Part shown: piece by piece, positions 16,678-25,853 of the stretch
How the letters are laid out: every line of letters starts with the position of its first letter
Position numbering within the stretch: position 1 is the stretch's first letter
Source of the DNA: Sphingomonas sp.
Lineage (GTDB): Bacteria > Pseudomonadota > Alphaproteobacteria > Sphingomonadales > Sphingomonadaceae
NCBI RefSeq assembly: GCF_035910975.1
Contig: NZ_JAMHWM010000026.1
Coordinates: 63,042 to 127,041 of the forward strand
Reading direction: 5' to 3'
DNA length: 64,000 nt
Translations under genes and position numbers: made by a program
Notes under the pieces: generated by a model
What the model was told of the DNA's origin: nothing
Database searches by the model: none
Seen by the model: only the letters and a program-made list of their open reading frames with translations

Positions 16678-17385
16678 ATGGCGAACATCGTCCAGTTCGA
16701 GAATGTCGGCCTGCGCTACGGGACCGGGGCGGAGACGCTGGTGGACGTCAGCTTCTCGCTGGCGGGGGGCGCCTTCTACTTCCTGACCGGGCCAAGCGGC
16801 GCCGGCAAGACGTCGCTGCTCAAGCTCCTCTACCTCGCGCAGCGGCCGACGCGCGGGATCATCCGGCTGTTCGGCGAGGATGCCGTGATGATGCCGCGCG
16901 ATCGCCTGCCCGGCTTCCGCCGCCGCATCGGCGTGGTGTTCCAGGACTTTCGCCTGATCCCCCATTTGTCGGCGGCGGACAACATCGCGCTCCCCCTGCG
17001 CGTCGCCGGCGTGCCCGAGGCCGACATCGAGACGCCGGTGCGCGAGATGCTGGCCTGGGTCGGCCTGAGCGACCGGGCGAACGCCCGCCCGCCGACGCTG
17101 TCGGGCGGCGAGCAGCAGCGGATCGCCATCGCCCGCGCCGTCATCGCCCGGCCCGAGATGCTGGTCGCCGACGAACCGACCGGCAACGTCGATCCCGACA
17201 TGGCCGAACGGCTGCTTCACCTGTTCGACGGGCTCAACCGGCTGGGCACCACCGTGGTCGTCGCGACGCACGATTTCCAGATGCTGTCGCGGATCAAGGG
17301 CGCACACATGATGCGGATCGAGGGCGGACGGCTGGTCGATCCGACGGGGTCGCTCCGCTTCCCGCCGGGAGCGCGCGGCGCATGA
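16678..17385 (+). CDS. ftsE: Cell division ATP-binding protein FtsE
   Basis: GPSGAGKTS Walker A, LSGGEQQR, VADEPTGNVD and VVATHD. Confidence 0.93.
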   Translation: MANIVQFENVGLRYGTGAETLVDVSFSLAGGAFYFLTGPSGAGKTSLLKLLYLAQRPTRGIIRLFGEDAVMMPRDRLPGFRRRIGVVFQDFRLIPHLSAADNIALPLRVAGVPEADIETPVREMLAWVGLSDRANARPPTLSGGEQQRIAIARAVIARPEMLVADEPTGNVDPDMAERLLHLFDGLNRLGTTVVVATHDFQMLSRIKGAHMMRIEGGRLVDPTGSLRFPPGARGA

Positions 17386-18254
17386 GCGGAAGGGTGCGGA
17401 ACGGCGGTCCGCTCGGCGCGGCGCGCGGCGGCGCGCGCGCGATGGGATCTGTGATGGCGGTGATGCTGTTTCTCACCGTGCTCGCCGCCGCGCTGGGCCT
17501 CGCGACGCTGGCGGCGGTCGCCGGGCTCGACCGCCAGCTCGCCGGGCAGATGACGGTTCAGCTGCTCGACGCCGACGATGCCGCCGTGCAGCGCACCGTC
17601 GACGCTATCCGCGTCCTGCCGGAGGTGCGGGCCGTCCGCGCGGTGCCGCGTGCCGAACTCGCCGAACTGGTGCGGCCGTGGCTGGGCGACGCCGGGCTGG
17701 ACGCCGACCTGCCGATGCCGGCGATGATCGACGTGACTCTGGCGAGCGGCAGCAACGATACCGCCGACGCGGCGGCGACGGCGATCACGCGGATCGCGCC
17801 GGCCGCGCGAGTGGATCGCAGCGCGCGGTGGCTGGCGCCAGTACGCAGCTTCATCGTCTCGCTCGCCTGGCTGGCGGGCGGAATCGTGCTGCTGATGGCG
17901 CTCGCCACCTCGGCCGTCGTGCTGCTCGCCGCGCGCGCCGGGCTGGACATCCACCGCGACACCATCGACGTACTGCACATGCTGGGATCGACCGACGTCC
18001 AGATCTCGCGCCTGTTCCAGCGCCGTATCGCACTCGACACCCTGGTCGGCGGCACGATCGGCACCGTGCTGGCGATGACTGCGGTGCTGGCGGTCGGCAC
18101 GCGCGTCGCCGCGATCGATTCGGTGCTGGTCGGGGGTCTGACACTGTCGCCGGGGGCGTGGGCGATCCTTGCCGCGCTGCCGATCGCCTTCGCGCTGCTC
18201 GCGACGATCGCCGCGCGGTTCGCGATCCTGCGCGCGCTGAGGCGGACGCTGTGA
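17382..18254 (+). CDS. ftsX: Cell division permease FtsX
   Basis: ATGA overlap with ftsE; MAVMLFLTVLA TM, DLPMPAMIDV loop, IDVLHMLGSTD…ISRLFQRR and further TMs. Confidence 0.85.
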   Translation: MSGRVRNGGPLGAARGGARAMGSVMAVMLFLTVLAAALGLATLAAVAGLDRQLAGQMTVQLLDADDAAVQRTVDAIRVLPEVRAVRAVPRAELAELVRPWLGDAGLDADLPMPAMIDVTLASGSNDTADAAATAITRIAPAARVDRSARWLAPVRSFIVSLAWLAGGIVLLMALATSAVVLLAARAGLDIHRDTIDVLHMLGSTDVQISRLFQRRIALDTLVGGTIGTVLAMTAVLAVGTRVAAIDSVLVGGLTLSPGAWAILAALPIAFALLATIAARFAILRALRRTL

Positions 18255-18787
18255 GGATCGCGCGCCTGCTCTCGCTCGCAGCACTTGCCTATCTGCTGGG
18301 CTTCGCGGTGTTCATGCTGTCGGTCGGCAGCCCGGCCGAACCGGCCAGGACCGACGCCATCGTCGTGCTGACCGGCGGTGCGGGCCGGATCCATCGCGGG
18401 CTGGTGCTGATGGACGGCGGCTATGCGAAGCGCATGCTGATCTCTGGCGCGGATTCGACCGTGCGGCCGGTCGAGCTGGCCGCCGAGTACAATGTCCCGC
18501 CCCGCATCTTCGCCTGCTGCATCGATCTGGGCTATGAGGCGGTCGATACGCGATCGAACGCCGAGGAAACCGCGCGCTGGCTGCGCACCCGCGGCTATCG
18601 CACCGTCCGGCTCGTCACCGCCGACTGGCACATGCCGCGCGCGCGGCTGGAGCTGGCGGCGGTCGCGGACGGCGACGTCGAGGTGACGGGCGACGCGGTG
18701 GCGACCAACCCGCGGTTCGGCATGCTGGTGCGCGAGTACAACAAATATCTGGTCCGCCGCGTCGCGCTGCTGGTCGGCTATCGATGA
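18251..18787 (+). CDS. YdcF/DUF218 family protein
   Basis: GTG 18251 overlapping the ftsX stop; DAIVVLTGG, TRSNAEE, LVTADWHMPRA and REYNKY. Confidence 0.85.
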   Translation: MRIARLLSLAALAYLLGFAVFMLSVGSPAEPARTDAIVVLTGGAGRIHRGLVLMDGGYAKRMLISGADSTVRPVELAAEYNVPPRIFACCIDLGYEAVDTRSNAEETARWLRTRGYRTVRLVTADWHMPRARLELAAVADGDVEVTGDAVATNPRFGMLVREYNKYLVRRVALLVGYR

Positions 18788-19515
18788 GCGCGCGGCTTCG
18801 GACCTGGCTGTTCAACCTCGTCTTCTTCGGCGGATCGGTGCCCTATGTGCTGGCGACACCGCTGCTGGCGGCGCTGGGCAGCGGTCCGCTGCGCTACTGG
18901 GTGCGCGCGTGGACCCGCTACCATCGCCGCTGCGCGCGCCTGATCCTCGGCATCCGCGTGGTCGCCTCGGGCACGATTCCCGCGGGACCCGCGCTCTATC
19001 CAGCCAAGCACCAGGCGATGTTCGAGACGTTCGAACTGGTCGCACTGCTCGACGCGCCGGTCGTGGTGATGAAACGCGAGCTCGCCCGTATACCGATGTG
19101 GGGCTGGGCGGCGCAGCGCTACGGCATGATCGTGGTCGACCGCGAGGGATCGGCGGCGGCGCTGCGGGGCTTGATGCGCGCAGCGGCGGCGGCGAAGGCT
19201 GAAGGCCGCTCGGTCGTGATCTTTCCCGAAGGCACCCGCGTGCCGCCGGGCGAGGCGCCACCGCTCAAGCCCGGCTTCTCCGGCCTCTACCGCGCGCTCG
19301 GCCTGCCCGTCGTGCCGATCGCGCTCGACAGCGGCACGGCCTGGCCAAAGCACGGCGTCAAACGGCCCGACACACCGATCCGCTTCGCCTTCCAGCCGGC
19401 GATCGAGACTGGCCTGCCGCGCCGCGAGATCGAGGCACGCGTATACGCCGCGATCAACGCGCTTGAGCCATCCCAGTCCAGCGATCGTCATTCCCGCGAA
19501 GACGGGACTCCATAG
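18784..19515 (+). CDS. plsC: 1-acyl-sn-glycerol-3-phosphate acyltransferase
   Basis: KHQAMFE (HX4D/E), FPEGTR and VPIALDSG; conserved position after ftsX-ydcF. Confidence 0.85.
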   Translation: MSARLRTWLFNLVFFGGSVPYVLATPLLAALGSGPLRYWVRAWTRYHRRCARLILGIRVVASGTIPAGPALYPAKHQAMFETFELVALLDAPVVVMKRELARIPMWGWAAQRYGMIVVDREGSAAALRGLMRAAAAAKAEGRSVVIFPEGTRVPPGEAPPLKPGFSGLYRALGLPVVPIALDSGTAWPKHGVKRPDTPIRFAFQPAIETGLPRREIEARVYAAINALEPSQSSDRHSREDGTP

Positions 19516-19581
19516 CCGCCGGACAGGCGGCTCTTCTCGATGGCGCGGCCGCAATTGATCCCCGCCCGCGCGGGGATGTCG
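19486..19581. repeat. REP/REPIN-like element, family B (CCCGC-N4-GCGGG arms), degenerate
   Basis: CGTCATTCCCGCGAAGACGGGACTCCA … GATCCCCGCCCGCGCGGGGATGTCG inverted arms; overlaps the plsC 3' end. Confidence 0.7.
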
Positions 19582-19594
19582 CCAGCAGGAAAGA

Positions 19595-20503
19595 TCAGTG
19601 GTCCGACCGGCCGAAGTCGGGCCGGGCGTCGTCCTGGCCCTGTTCGATGATCGAACGGCGGATCGCGCGGGTCTTGGTGAAGCTGTCGAACAGCGCATCG
19701 CCCTTGCCCCAGCGGATCGCGCGCTGCAGTTCCGACAGATCCTCGGAGAAGCGCTGGAGCATGTCGAGCACCGCCTCGCGGTTGGAGAGGAACACGTCGC
19801 GCCACATCGTCGGGTCCGACGCGGCGATGCGGGTGAAATCCCGGAAACCCCCGGCCGAATATTTGATGACCTCGGAAGAGGTGACTTCCTCCAGATCGCT
19901 GGCGGTGCCGACGATCGTATAGGCGATCAGGTGCGGCAGGTGGCTGGTCACCGCCAACACGCGATCGTGATGGTCGGGCGCCATGATTTCGATGTCCGCG
20001 CCCAGCCGCCGCCAGAACTCGCACAGCCGCTCGACCGCCAGCGGATCGGCGCCCTCGGGCGGAGTGACGATGCACCAGCGCTTTTGGAACAGCGCGGCGA
20101 AGCCCGCATCAGGCCCGCTGCGCTCGGTGCCGGCCACCGGGTGCGCGGGAACGATCGTCGCGCCGGGCAACGCTGCGGTCAACGCCTCGACCACGCTCGC
20201 CTTGCACGATCCGACATCGCTGACGATCGCGTCGGCGGGCAGGTCGGCGGCGATCTCGGCCGCCACCGCGCCCATCGCGCCGACCGGCACGCACAGGATC
20301 ACCAGATCGGCGTCGATCACCGCCGCGCCCGCCGTGTCCGCGACATCGTCGACCAACCCCAGCGCGCGCGCCGTCTCGCGCACCTCGGGATCGGCGTCGT
20401 GGCCGGCAAGCGCGACCGATGGCATGCTTTCGCGCACCCCGCGCGCGATCGACGAGCCGATCAGTCCCAGCCCGATGACGCACACGCGCGCGAACGGCAG
20501 CAT
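19595..20503 (-). CDS. tyrA: Prephenate/arogenate dehydrogenase
   Basis: Start ATG 20503 coupled to the hisC stop; VIGLGLIGSS, DVGSCK, HPVAGTE, HDRVLAVTSHLPH and FRDFTRIAASDP. Confidence 0.92.
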   Translation of the reverse strand: MLPFARVCVIGLGLIGSSIARGVRESMPSVALAGHDADPEVRETARALGLVDDVADTAGAAVIDADLVILCVPVGAMGAVAAEIAADLPADAIVSDVGSCKASVVEALTAALPGATIVPAHPVAGTERSGPDAGFAALFQKRWCIVTPPEGADPLAVERLCEFWRRLGADIEIMAPDHHDRVLAVTSHLPHLIAYTIVGTASDLEEVTSSEVIKYSAGGFRDFTRIAASDPTMWRDVFLSNREAVLDMLQRFSEDLSELQRAIRWGKGDALFDSFTKTRAIRRSIIEQGQDDARPDFGRSDH

Positions 20504-21600
20504 CAGGCGCTCGTCAGCGCCCTGAGCGCGGCGATGACGCCGCGCGTCTCCTCCTCGGTACCCACGGTGATGCGCAGGCCGTGGGGCAGGCCCTGTCCCG
20601 GCAGCCAGCGGACGATATAGCCCGCGTCCATCAACCCCTTGTACGCGGTCTCCGCGGTCAGCGCGCCTTCGAACACGACCAGCACGAAATTGGCCTGGCT
20701 GGGGATCGCGCGCAGCCCGGCGTTGCCGAGCTTGCCGATCTCGTCGGCGAACCATGCGCGCCACGTCGCATTGTGCTGGCGGGCATGGGCGACGAAATCG
20801 GTATCGCCCAGCGCCGCGATCGCCGCCGCCGTCCCGGCGATGGTGATCGAGAAGGGCAGGCGGATGCGGTGCATCGCCTCGATGATCGCGGGGTGGGCAT
20901 AGCCCCAGCCGATCCGCTCGGCGGCGAGGCCGTACATCTTGGAAAAGGTCCGCGTGACCAGCACGTTGGGCGCGCTTTTCGCCAGCGCCATACCGCCATC
21001 GTCCTTGGCATCGCCCTCGATATATTCGGCATAGGCGTGATCGAGCACCAGCAGGATGTCGCCGCGCAAGCCCGCGTGCAGCCGGGCGATCTCCGCGCGG
21101 CTTTCGTAAGTGCCGGTCGGGTTGTTCGGATTGGCGACGAAGACGATCCGGGTACGGTCGGTGACGGCGGCCAGGATCGCATCGACATCGGTCGCATAAT
21201 CGCGGTCGGGGGCGATCACCGGCGTCGCGCCGACACGCCGTGTCGCGATCTCGTACACCGCGAAACCGTATCTGACGTAGATCACCTCGTCACCCGGCCC
21301 GGCGAAGGCGCCGGCGGCCAGGTGCAGCACCTCGTCCGATCCGTTGCCGTAGATGATCCGCGCGGGATCGAGCCCGTGCTTCGCCGCCAGCGCATCGCGC
21401 AGCTCGGTCGCGCTCGCATCGGGATAGCGTTCGAGCCGTCCGGCGGCGGCGGCGAATGCCGCGCGCGCCGCGTCGCTCGTACCTAGCGGATTCTCGTTCG
21501 ACGACAGCTTGGCGACCTGGCGTCCGTCGTCGGTCGTGCTGCGGCCGGGAATATAGGGAGCAATCCCCATGATCCAGGGCTTGGGTGCGGGTCCGGTCAT
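20503..21600 (-). CDS. hisC: Histidinol-phosphate aminotransferase
   Basis: [28 protein letters not shown] and [16 protein letters not shown]. Confidence 0.95.
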   Translation of the reverse strand: MTGPAPKPWIMGIAPYIPGRSTTDDGRQVAKLSSNENPLGTSDAARAAFAAAAGRLERYPDASATELRDALAAKHGLDPARIIYGNGSDEVLHLAAGAFAGPGDEVIYVRYGFAVYEIATRRVGATPVIAPDRDYATDVDAILAAVTDRTRIVFVANPNNPTGTYESRAEIARLHAGLRGDILLVLDHAYAEYIEGDAKDDGGMALAKSAPNVLVTRTFSKMYGLAAERIGWGYAHPAIIEAMHRIRLPFSITIAGTAAAIAALGDTDFVAHARQHNATWRAWFADEIGKLGNAGLRAIPSQANFVLVVFEGALTAETAYKGLMDAGYIVRWLPGQGLPHGLRITVGTEEETRGVIAALRALTSA

Positions 21601-21680
21601 GGCTGCAAGCGCCTACGCGCGTGGCCATCGCCTTGGCAAGCGCGCGGCGCTATGGAGCCTGCCAAGGGGGACTATCGACA

Positions 21681-23249
21681 ATGCGTGGACCGACGGCGGT
21701 GTGGCAGGCACTGGAGGCGGCGCGGCAGGCCAATCTGCGCGACGCGGGGGTGGAGTTGCCGGTGGCGGGCGACGCCGGCTGGACCCGCCGGCGCCTGATC
21801 GCGAGCCTCGCCGCGCTGGGCGCGACGGCTGCCCTGCCCCGTCAGGCGCGCGCGCAAGGCGCCGCCGGGCCGGTCGCGATCATCGGCGGCGGCATCGCCG
21901 GGCTGACCGCGCTGCACCACCTGACGAAGGCGGGCGTGGAGGCGCGGCTGTTCGAGGCGCGTACGCGCGTCGGCGGGCGCATCCTGACCGTCCGCGCGCC
22001 CGGCACGCCAGTGTTCGAAATGGGCGGCCAGCTGGTCAACAGCGAGCACGAGGACATGCACGCGCTAACCCGCGAGTTCGGCATCGCGCTGATCGATCGC
22101 AAGACGGGGCCACATCGCACGATGGTGCTCGACGGCCGCGCCGAAGTGTCGCGCGAACGGATGATCGCCGGCCTGCGGCCGATCGCCGCGCAGATCGACG
22201 CCGATTCGGTGCGCCTCGACAAGGATTATGCGACCGTCGCCGCCGAAATCGACCGCATGTCGTTCGCCGGATATCTCGACCTCTATGCGCCGCTGATCCG
22301 CGATCCGTGGGTGCGCCGCCTGCTCGAGGCGACCGCGCGCACCGAATATGGCGTCGAGCCGGCCAATGCGTCCGCGCTCGAACTCGTCTTCAACCTGCCG
22401 GCGGTCGACGGACGCCGCTTCGACGTGCTCAGCCGCAGCGACGAGCGCTTCCAGATCGCGGGGGGATCGAGCAGCCTGGTCGAGGCGATGGCGAAGCGCC
22501 ACGCCGCGCGCATCGTCACCTATCGCCGGCTGACCCGCGTCGATCCGCGCGGGGCCGGCGTGCGCCTAACCTTCTCCAACGCCGAGACGTTCGACGCCGC
22601 CGCCGTGATCGTCACCACGCCCGCCTCGATCATGAGCCGGGTCGATTATCGCGTGCCCCTGCCCGATCTGTGGCGCCGCTTCATCGCCGAGGTCGGGCTG
22701 GGGGTGAACGGCAAGGTGCTTGCAGCCATGACGGCGCGGCCGTGGGAGCAACCGATCGGACGCGGCGGCGAGATCTGGCAGACCGATCCCGCGCAGGGCG
22801 TGTCGCTCGGCTGGGACAGCGGGGTACGCCCGGCCAGCGGCGCCGGCAGCGTGTGGACCTGGTTCACCGGCGGCAAGGACGTGCACGCCGCCGACGCGGC
22901 CGAACCCCGCGCGCTCGCCCGTCGCTTCGCGCAGATGGCAGAGGGTAGCGTGCCGGGCATGACCGCAGCCACCGGCCCGGTCGTCCGCCGTACCAATTGG
23001 CACGACGAACCCTTCACGCGCGGCGCCTACGTCAATTTCCGCCCCGGCCAGCTCACCCGCTTCGCGCCTTTGATCTGGACCGAGACCAACGGGATCGCTT
23101 CCGTCCCCGTCCCCGCCGGGCCCGTGGTGTTCGCCGGCGAGCATCTGTCCGACGCCTATCCCGGCTACATGAACGGCGGTGCGCAGACCGGCCGCCTCGC
23201 TGCGCAGGCGATCATCGCGGCTCGGGCACCGGCGAGACGGCGGGGATGA
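21681..23249 (+). CDS. Flavin monoamine oxidase family FAD-dependent oxidoreductase with twin-arginine motif
   Basis: Start ATG 21681; TRRRLIASL Tat-like motif, IIGGGIAGL, EARTRVGGRI and FAGEH…GYMNGG. Confidence 0.85.
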   Translation: MRGPTAVWQALEAARQANLRDAGVELPVAGDAGWTRRRLIASLAALGATAALPRQARAQGAAGPVAIIGGGIAGLTALHHLTKAGVEARLFEARTRVGGRILTVRAPGTPVFEMGGQLVNSEHEDMHALTREFGIALIDRKTGPHRTMVLDGRAEVSRERMIAGLRPIAAQIDADSVRLDKDYATVAAEIDRMSFAGYLDLYAPLIRDPWVRRLLEATARTEYGVEPANASALELVFNLPAVDGRRFDVLSRSDERFQIAGGSSSLVEAMAKRHAARIVTYRRLTRVDPRGAGVRLTFSNAETFDAAAVIVTTPASIMSRVDYRVPLPDLWRRFIAEVGLGVNGKVLAAMTARPWEQPIGRGGEIWQTDPAQGVSLGWDSGVRPASGAGSVWTWFTGGKDVHAADAAEPRALARRFAQMAEGSVPGMTAATGPVVRRTNWHDEPFTRGAYVNFRPGQLTRFAPLIWTETNGIASVPVPAGPVVFAGEHLSDAYPGYMNGGAQTGRLAAQAIIAARAPARRRG

Positions 23250-23391
23250 TGTGCGGGCGGCCGTGGTTTGCGCCAGGCAAACCACGGACTCGCCACGTCG
23301 GGCAGCGGGACGGCACCGCCGTCCAGCCTGACGGCGTGGCGTTGAAAGCGCATGCTTGCCGCACGTCCCCGCACCCCCTAACGGCCCGACC

Positions 23392-24501
23392 ATGACCGAC
23401 GCGCGCTTCGGACTGGACCGTACCGCCACGCTCGGCGCGCTCGCGCTCGACGGCGGCGGCACGCTCGCGGCGGTGGAAGTCGCCTATGAGACCTATGGCA
23501 CCCTCGCGCCGGACGCGTCGAACGCGATCCTGATCTGCCATGCGCTGACCGGCGACCAGCATGTCGCCTCCACCCACCCGCGCACCGGCAAGCCCGGCTG
23601 GTGGGCGCGGATGGTCGGCCCCGGCAAGCCGATCGACACCGACCGCTGGTGCGTGGTCGCCAGCAACGTGATCGGCAGTTGCCTGGGTTCGTCCGGCCCG
23701 GCGAGCGGCGATCCCGCCACCGGCCGCCCCTATGCGATGGCGTTCCCGGTCATAACCATCCGTGACATGGTGCGCGCGCAGGCGATGCTGCTCGACCACC
23801 TCGGCATCGGAACGCTGGCGGCCGTGGTCGGCGGATCGATGGGCGGCATGCAGGCGCTGAGCTGGGCGGCGACGTTCCCGGATCGCGTCCGCGCCTGCGT
23901 CACGCTGGCGTCGGCCGCGCGACATTCGGCGCAGAACATCGCGTTCCATGAGGTCGGGCGCCAGGCGATCATGGCCGACCCCAACTGGGCGAACGGCAAT
24001 TACTATGACGGCGCGGCGCCCACCGCTGGCCTGGCAGTCGCGCGGATGGCGGCGCACATCACCTATCTGTCCGAAGCCGGGCTGACCGCCAAGTTCGGCC
24101 GCAAGCTCCAGGCGCGTGACACGAAGACGTTCGGCTTCGACGCCGATTTCCAGGTCGAAAGCTATCTGCGCCACCAGGGACTGGCCTTCACCGACCGGTT
24201 TGACGCCAATTCCTACCTCTACATCACCCGCGCGCTCGACTATTTCGATCTGGCGGAGGAACATGGCGGGCATCTCGCGCGCGCCTTCGCCGGCTCGCGG
24301 ACGCGCTTCTGCCTGGTCAGCTTCGACACCGACTGGCTCTATCCGACGTCCGAATCGCGCGGCATCGTCCACGCGCTCAACGCCGCCGGCGCACCGGCCA
24401 GCTTCGTGGAACTGAAATCACCGTTCGGACACGACGCCTTCCTGCTCGATTCGCCCGAACTCGACAGGGTGATGGCGGGGTTCCTGGGGGCGGCGGCGTG
24501 A
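23392..24501 (+). CDS. metX: Homoserine O-acyltransferase (MetX family)
   Basis: [14 protein letters not shown] nucleophile elbow, FDANSY and GHDAFLL; start moved to ATG 23392. Confidence 0.93.
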   Translation: MTDARFGLDRTATLGALALDGGGTLAAVEVAYETYGTLAPDASNAILICHALTGDQHVASTHPRTGKPGWWARMVGPGKPIDTDRWCVVASNVIGSCLGSSGPASGDPATGRPYAMAFPVITIRDMVRAQAMLLDHLGIGTLAAVVGGSMGGMQALSWAATFPDRVRACVTLASAARHSAQNIAFHEVGRQAIMADPNWANGNYYDGAAPTAGLAVARMAAHITYLSEAGLTAKFGRKLQARDTKTFGFDADFQVESYLRHQGLAFTDRFDANSYLYITRALDYFDLAEEHGGHLARAFAGSRTRFCLVSFDTDWLYPTSESRGIVHALNAAGAPASFVELKSPFGHDAFLLDSPELDRVMAGFLGAAA

Positions 24502-25085
24502 TCCTGCGCCCCGATCTCGCGATCATCGCCGCGAACGTCGCGCACGGATCGCGCGTGCTCGATGTCGGGTGTGGCGACGGCGCGCTGATGGCGGCGCTGA
24601 TCGCCGACCGGGGATGCGACGCGCGCGGGCTGGAGCTGAACGCCGGTGACGTGACCACCGCGCTGGGCCGCGGCCTGTCGGTGATGCAGGGCGATGCCGA
24701 CACCGACCTGGCCGACTATCCGCCGCAGGCGTTCGACTATGCCATCCTCAGCCAGACGCTGCAGACGACGATGCGGCCCGATATCGTGCTGGGCGAACTG
24801 CTCCGCATCGGGCGGCGCGCCTTCGTCAGCTTTCCCAATTTCGCGCACTGGCGGGTGCGCGCGTCGCTGCTGTGGGGCGGGCGGATGCCGGTGACGACCC
24901 TGTTGCCGCTGGCGTGGTACGAAACGCCCAATATCCACCACGTCACGATCGACGATTTCCGCGCCTATGTGCGCGACAGCGGGATCACGGTGGAGGGCGC
25001 CTGGTTCCTCAACCGCGGCCGCCCGACGACCGCGGCGGCGGCGAACTTCCGCGCCGAACATGCGGTGTTCCTGCTGCGGCGGTGA
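24498..25085 (+). CDS. metW: Methionine biosynthesis protein MetW
   Basis: [23 protein letters not shown] and ETPNIH; follows metX. Confidence 0.93.
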   Translation: MILRPDLAIIAANVAHGSRVLDVGCGDGALMAALIADRGCDARGLELNAGDVTTALGRGLSVMQGDADTDLADYPPQAFDYAILSQTLQTTMRPDIVLGELLRIGRRAFVSFPNFAHWRVRASLLWGGRMPVTTLLPLAWYETPNIHHVTIDDFRAYVRDSGITVEGAWFLNRGRPTTAAAANFRAEHAVFLLRR

Positions 25086-25104
25086 CACGTCACCGTTGTG
25101 AAAT

Positions 25105-25740
25105 CTACCGCCCGATCCCCCGCCGCAGCAGCTCGGCGACGGTATCGGCGACGTCGCCCGGCGCGGCATCCTCGTCCCACACGCCGTAGCGCAGGCCCAG
25201 GAACACGTTCATCCCCATCACCGCCCAGGCGTGGACCTCGCCCACACCGTCGCGCAGATCGCCGCGCGCCGCCGCCGCCTCCAGCCGCTGGCGGATGCGG
25301 CCGGCGGTGGTCGCGTAATGCGCGCGGAAGCTGTCGGGATCGACGAACTCCGCCTCGTCGATGATGCGGTAGATTTCCTTGTGCGCCCGCACGAAGCCGA
25401 TGAACTGTTCGAGGCCGGCGCGCTCGGCCGCGATGCCGTCGCCCGCCGCCCGGATCGCCGGGGCGACGTGATCGCGTACCTGCCCCGACATGTGGCGGAC
25501 GAGCGCGCGGAACACCGCGTCCTTCGAATCGAAATAAGTGTAGAAGCTGCCCAGCGCGACGCCGGCGCGTCGGGTGATGTCGCTGATCGACGCTTCGTGG
25601 AAACCACGCTCGCCGAATTCCTTCGCCGCCGCGTCAAGAATCGCCTGCTGGGTACGCCGGCCGCGTTCGGTGCGCGGCGCCTTCGCCTCGCTGCCCGCGT
25701 CGATAGCCACTGTTGCCGCCGGAACACGTCCGCCCGCCAT
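25105..25740 (-). CDS. TetR/AcrR family regulator
   Basis: ILDAAAKEFGERGFHEASISDITRRAGVALGSFYTYF helix-turn-helix; start at ATG 25740. Confidence 0.92.
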   Translation of the reverse strand: MAGGRVPAATVAIDAGSEAKAPRTERGRRTQQAILDAAAKEFGERGFHEASISDITRRAGVALGSFYTYFDSKDAVFRALVRHMSGQVRDHVAPAIRAAGDGIAAERAGLEQFIGFVRAHKEIYRIIDEAEFVDPDSFRAHYATTAGRIRQRLEAAAARGDLRDGVGEVHAWAVMGMNVFLGLRYGVWDEDAAPGDVADTVAELLRRGIGR

Positions 25741-25762
25741 CTCGTCACCCCCTCGATTTCCC

Positions 25763-25784
25763 AAGTTGAAACCTGGTTCACCTT
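25763..25784. promoter_or_regulatory. Candidate TetR operator
   Basis: AAGTTGAAACCTGGTTCACCTT, an imperfect 22-bp palindrome between the divergent tetR and TBDR genes. Confidence 0.45.
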
Positions 25785-25853
25785 TCAGTATAGCGGCTTT
25801 CGACCACGCACAACCCCGCGTCTGACGGCGGGGGATGCCAGGGGAGGGAAGCC

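Noticed and set aside
23261-23341. Two strong hairpins upstream of metX as a possible SAM-II or SAH riboswitch
   Set aside because: They do not match the SAM-II or SAH consensus I know. A TTGCCG…TAACG promoter-like element lies between them and the metX ATG, so they are probably outside the metX leader and are more likely a terminator or repeat remnant.
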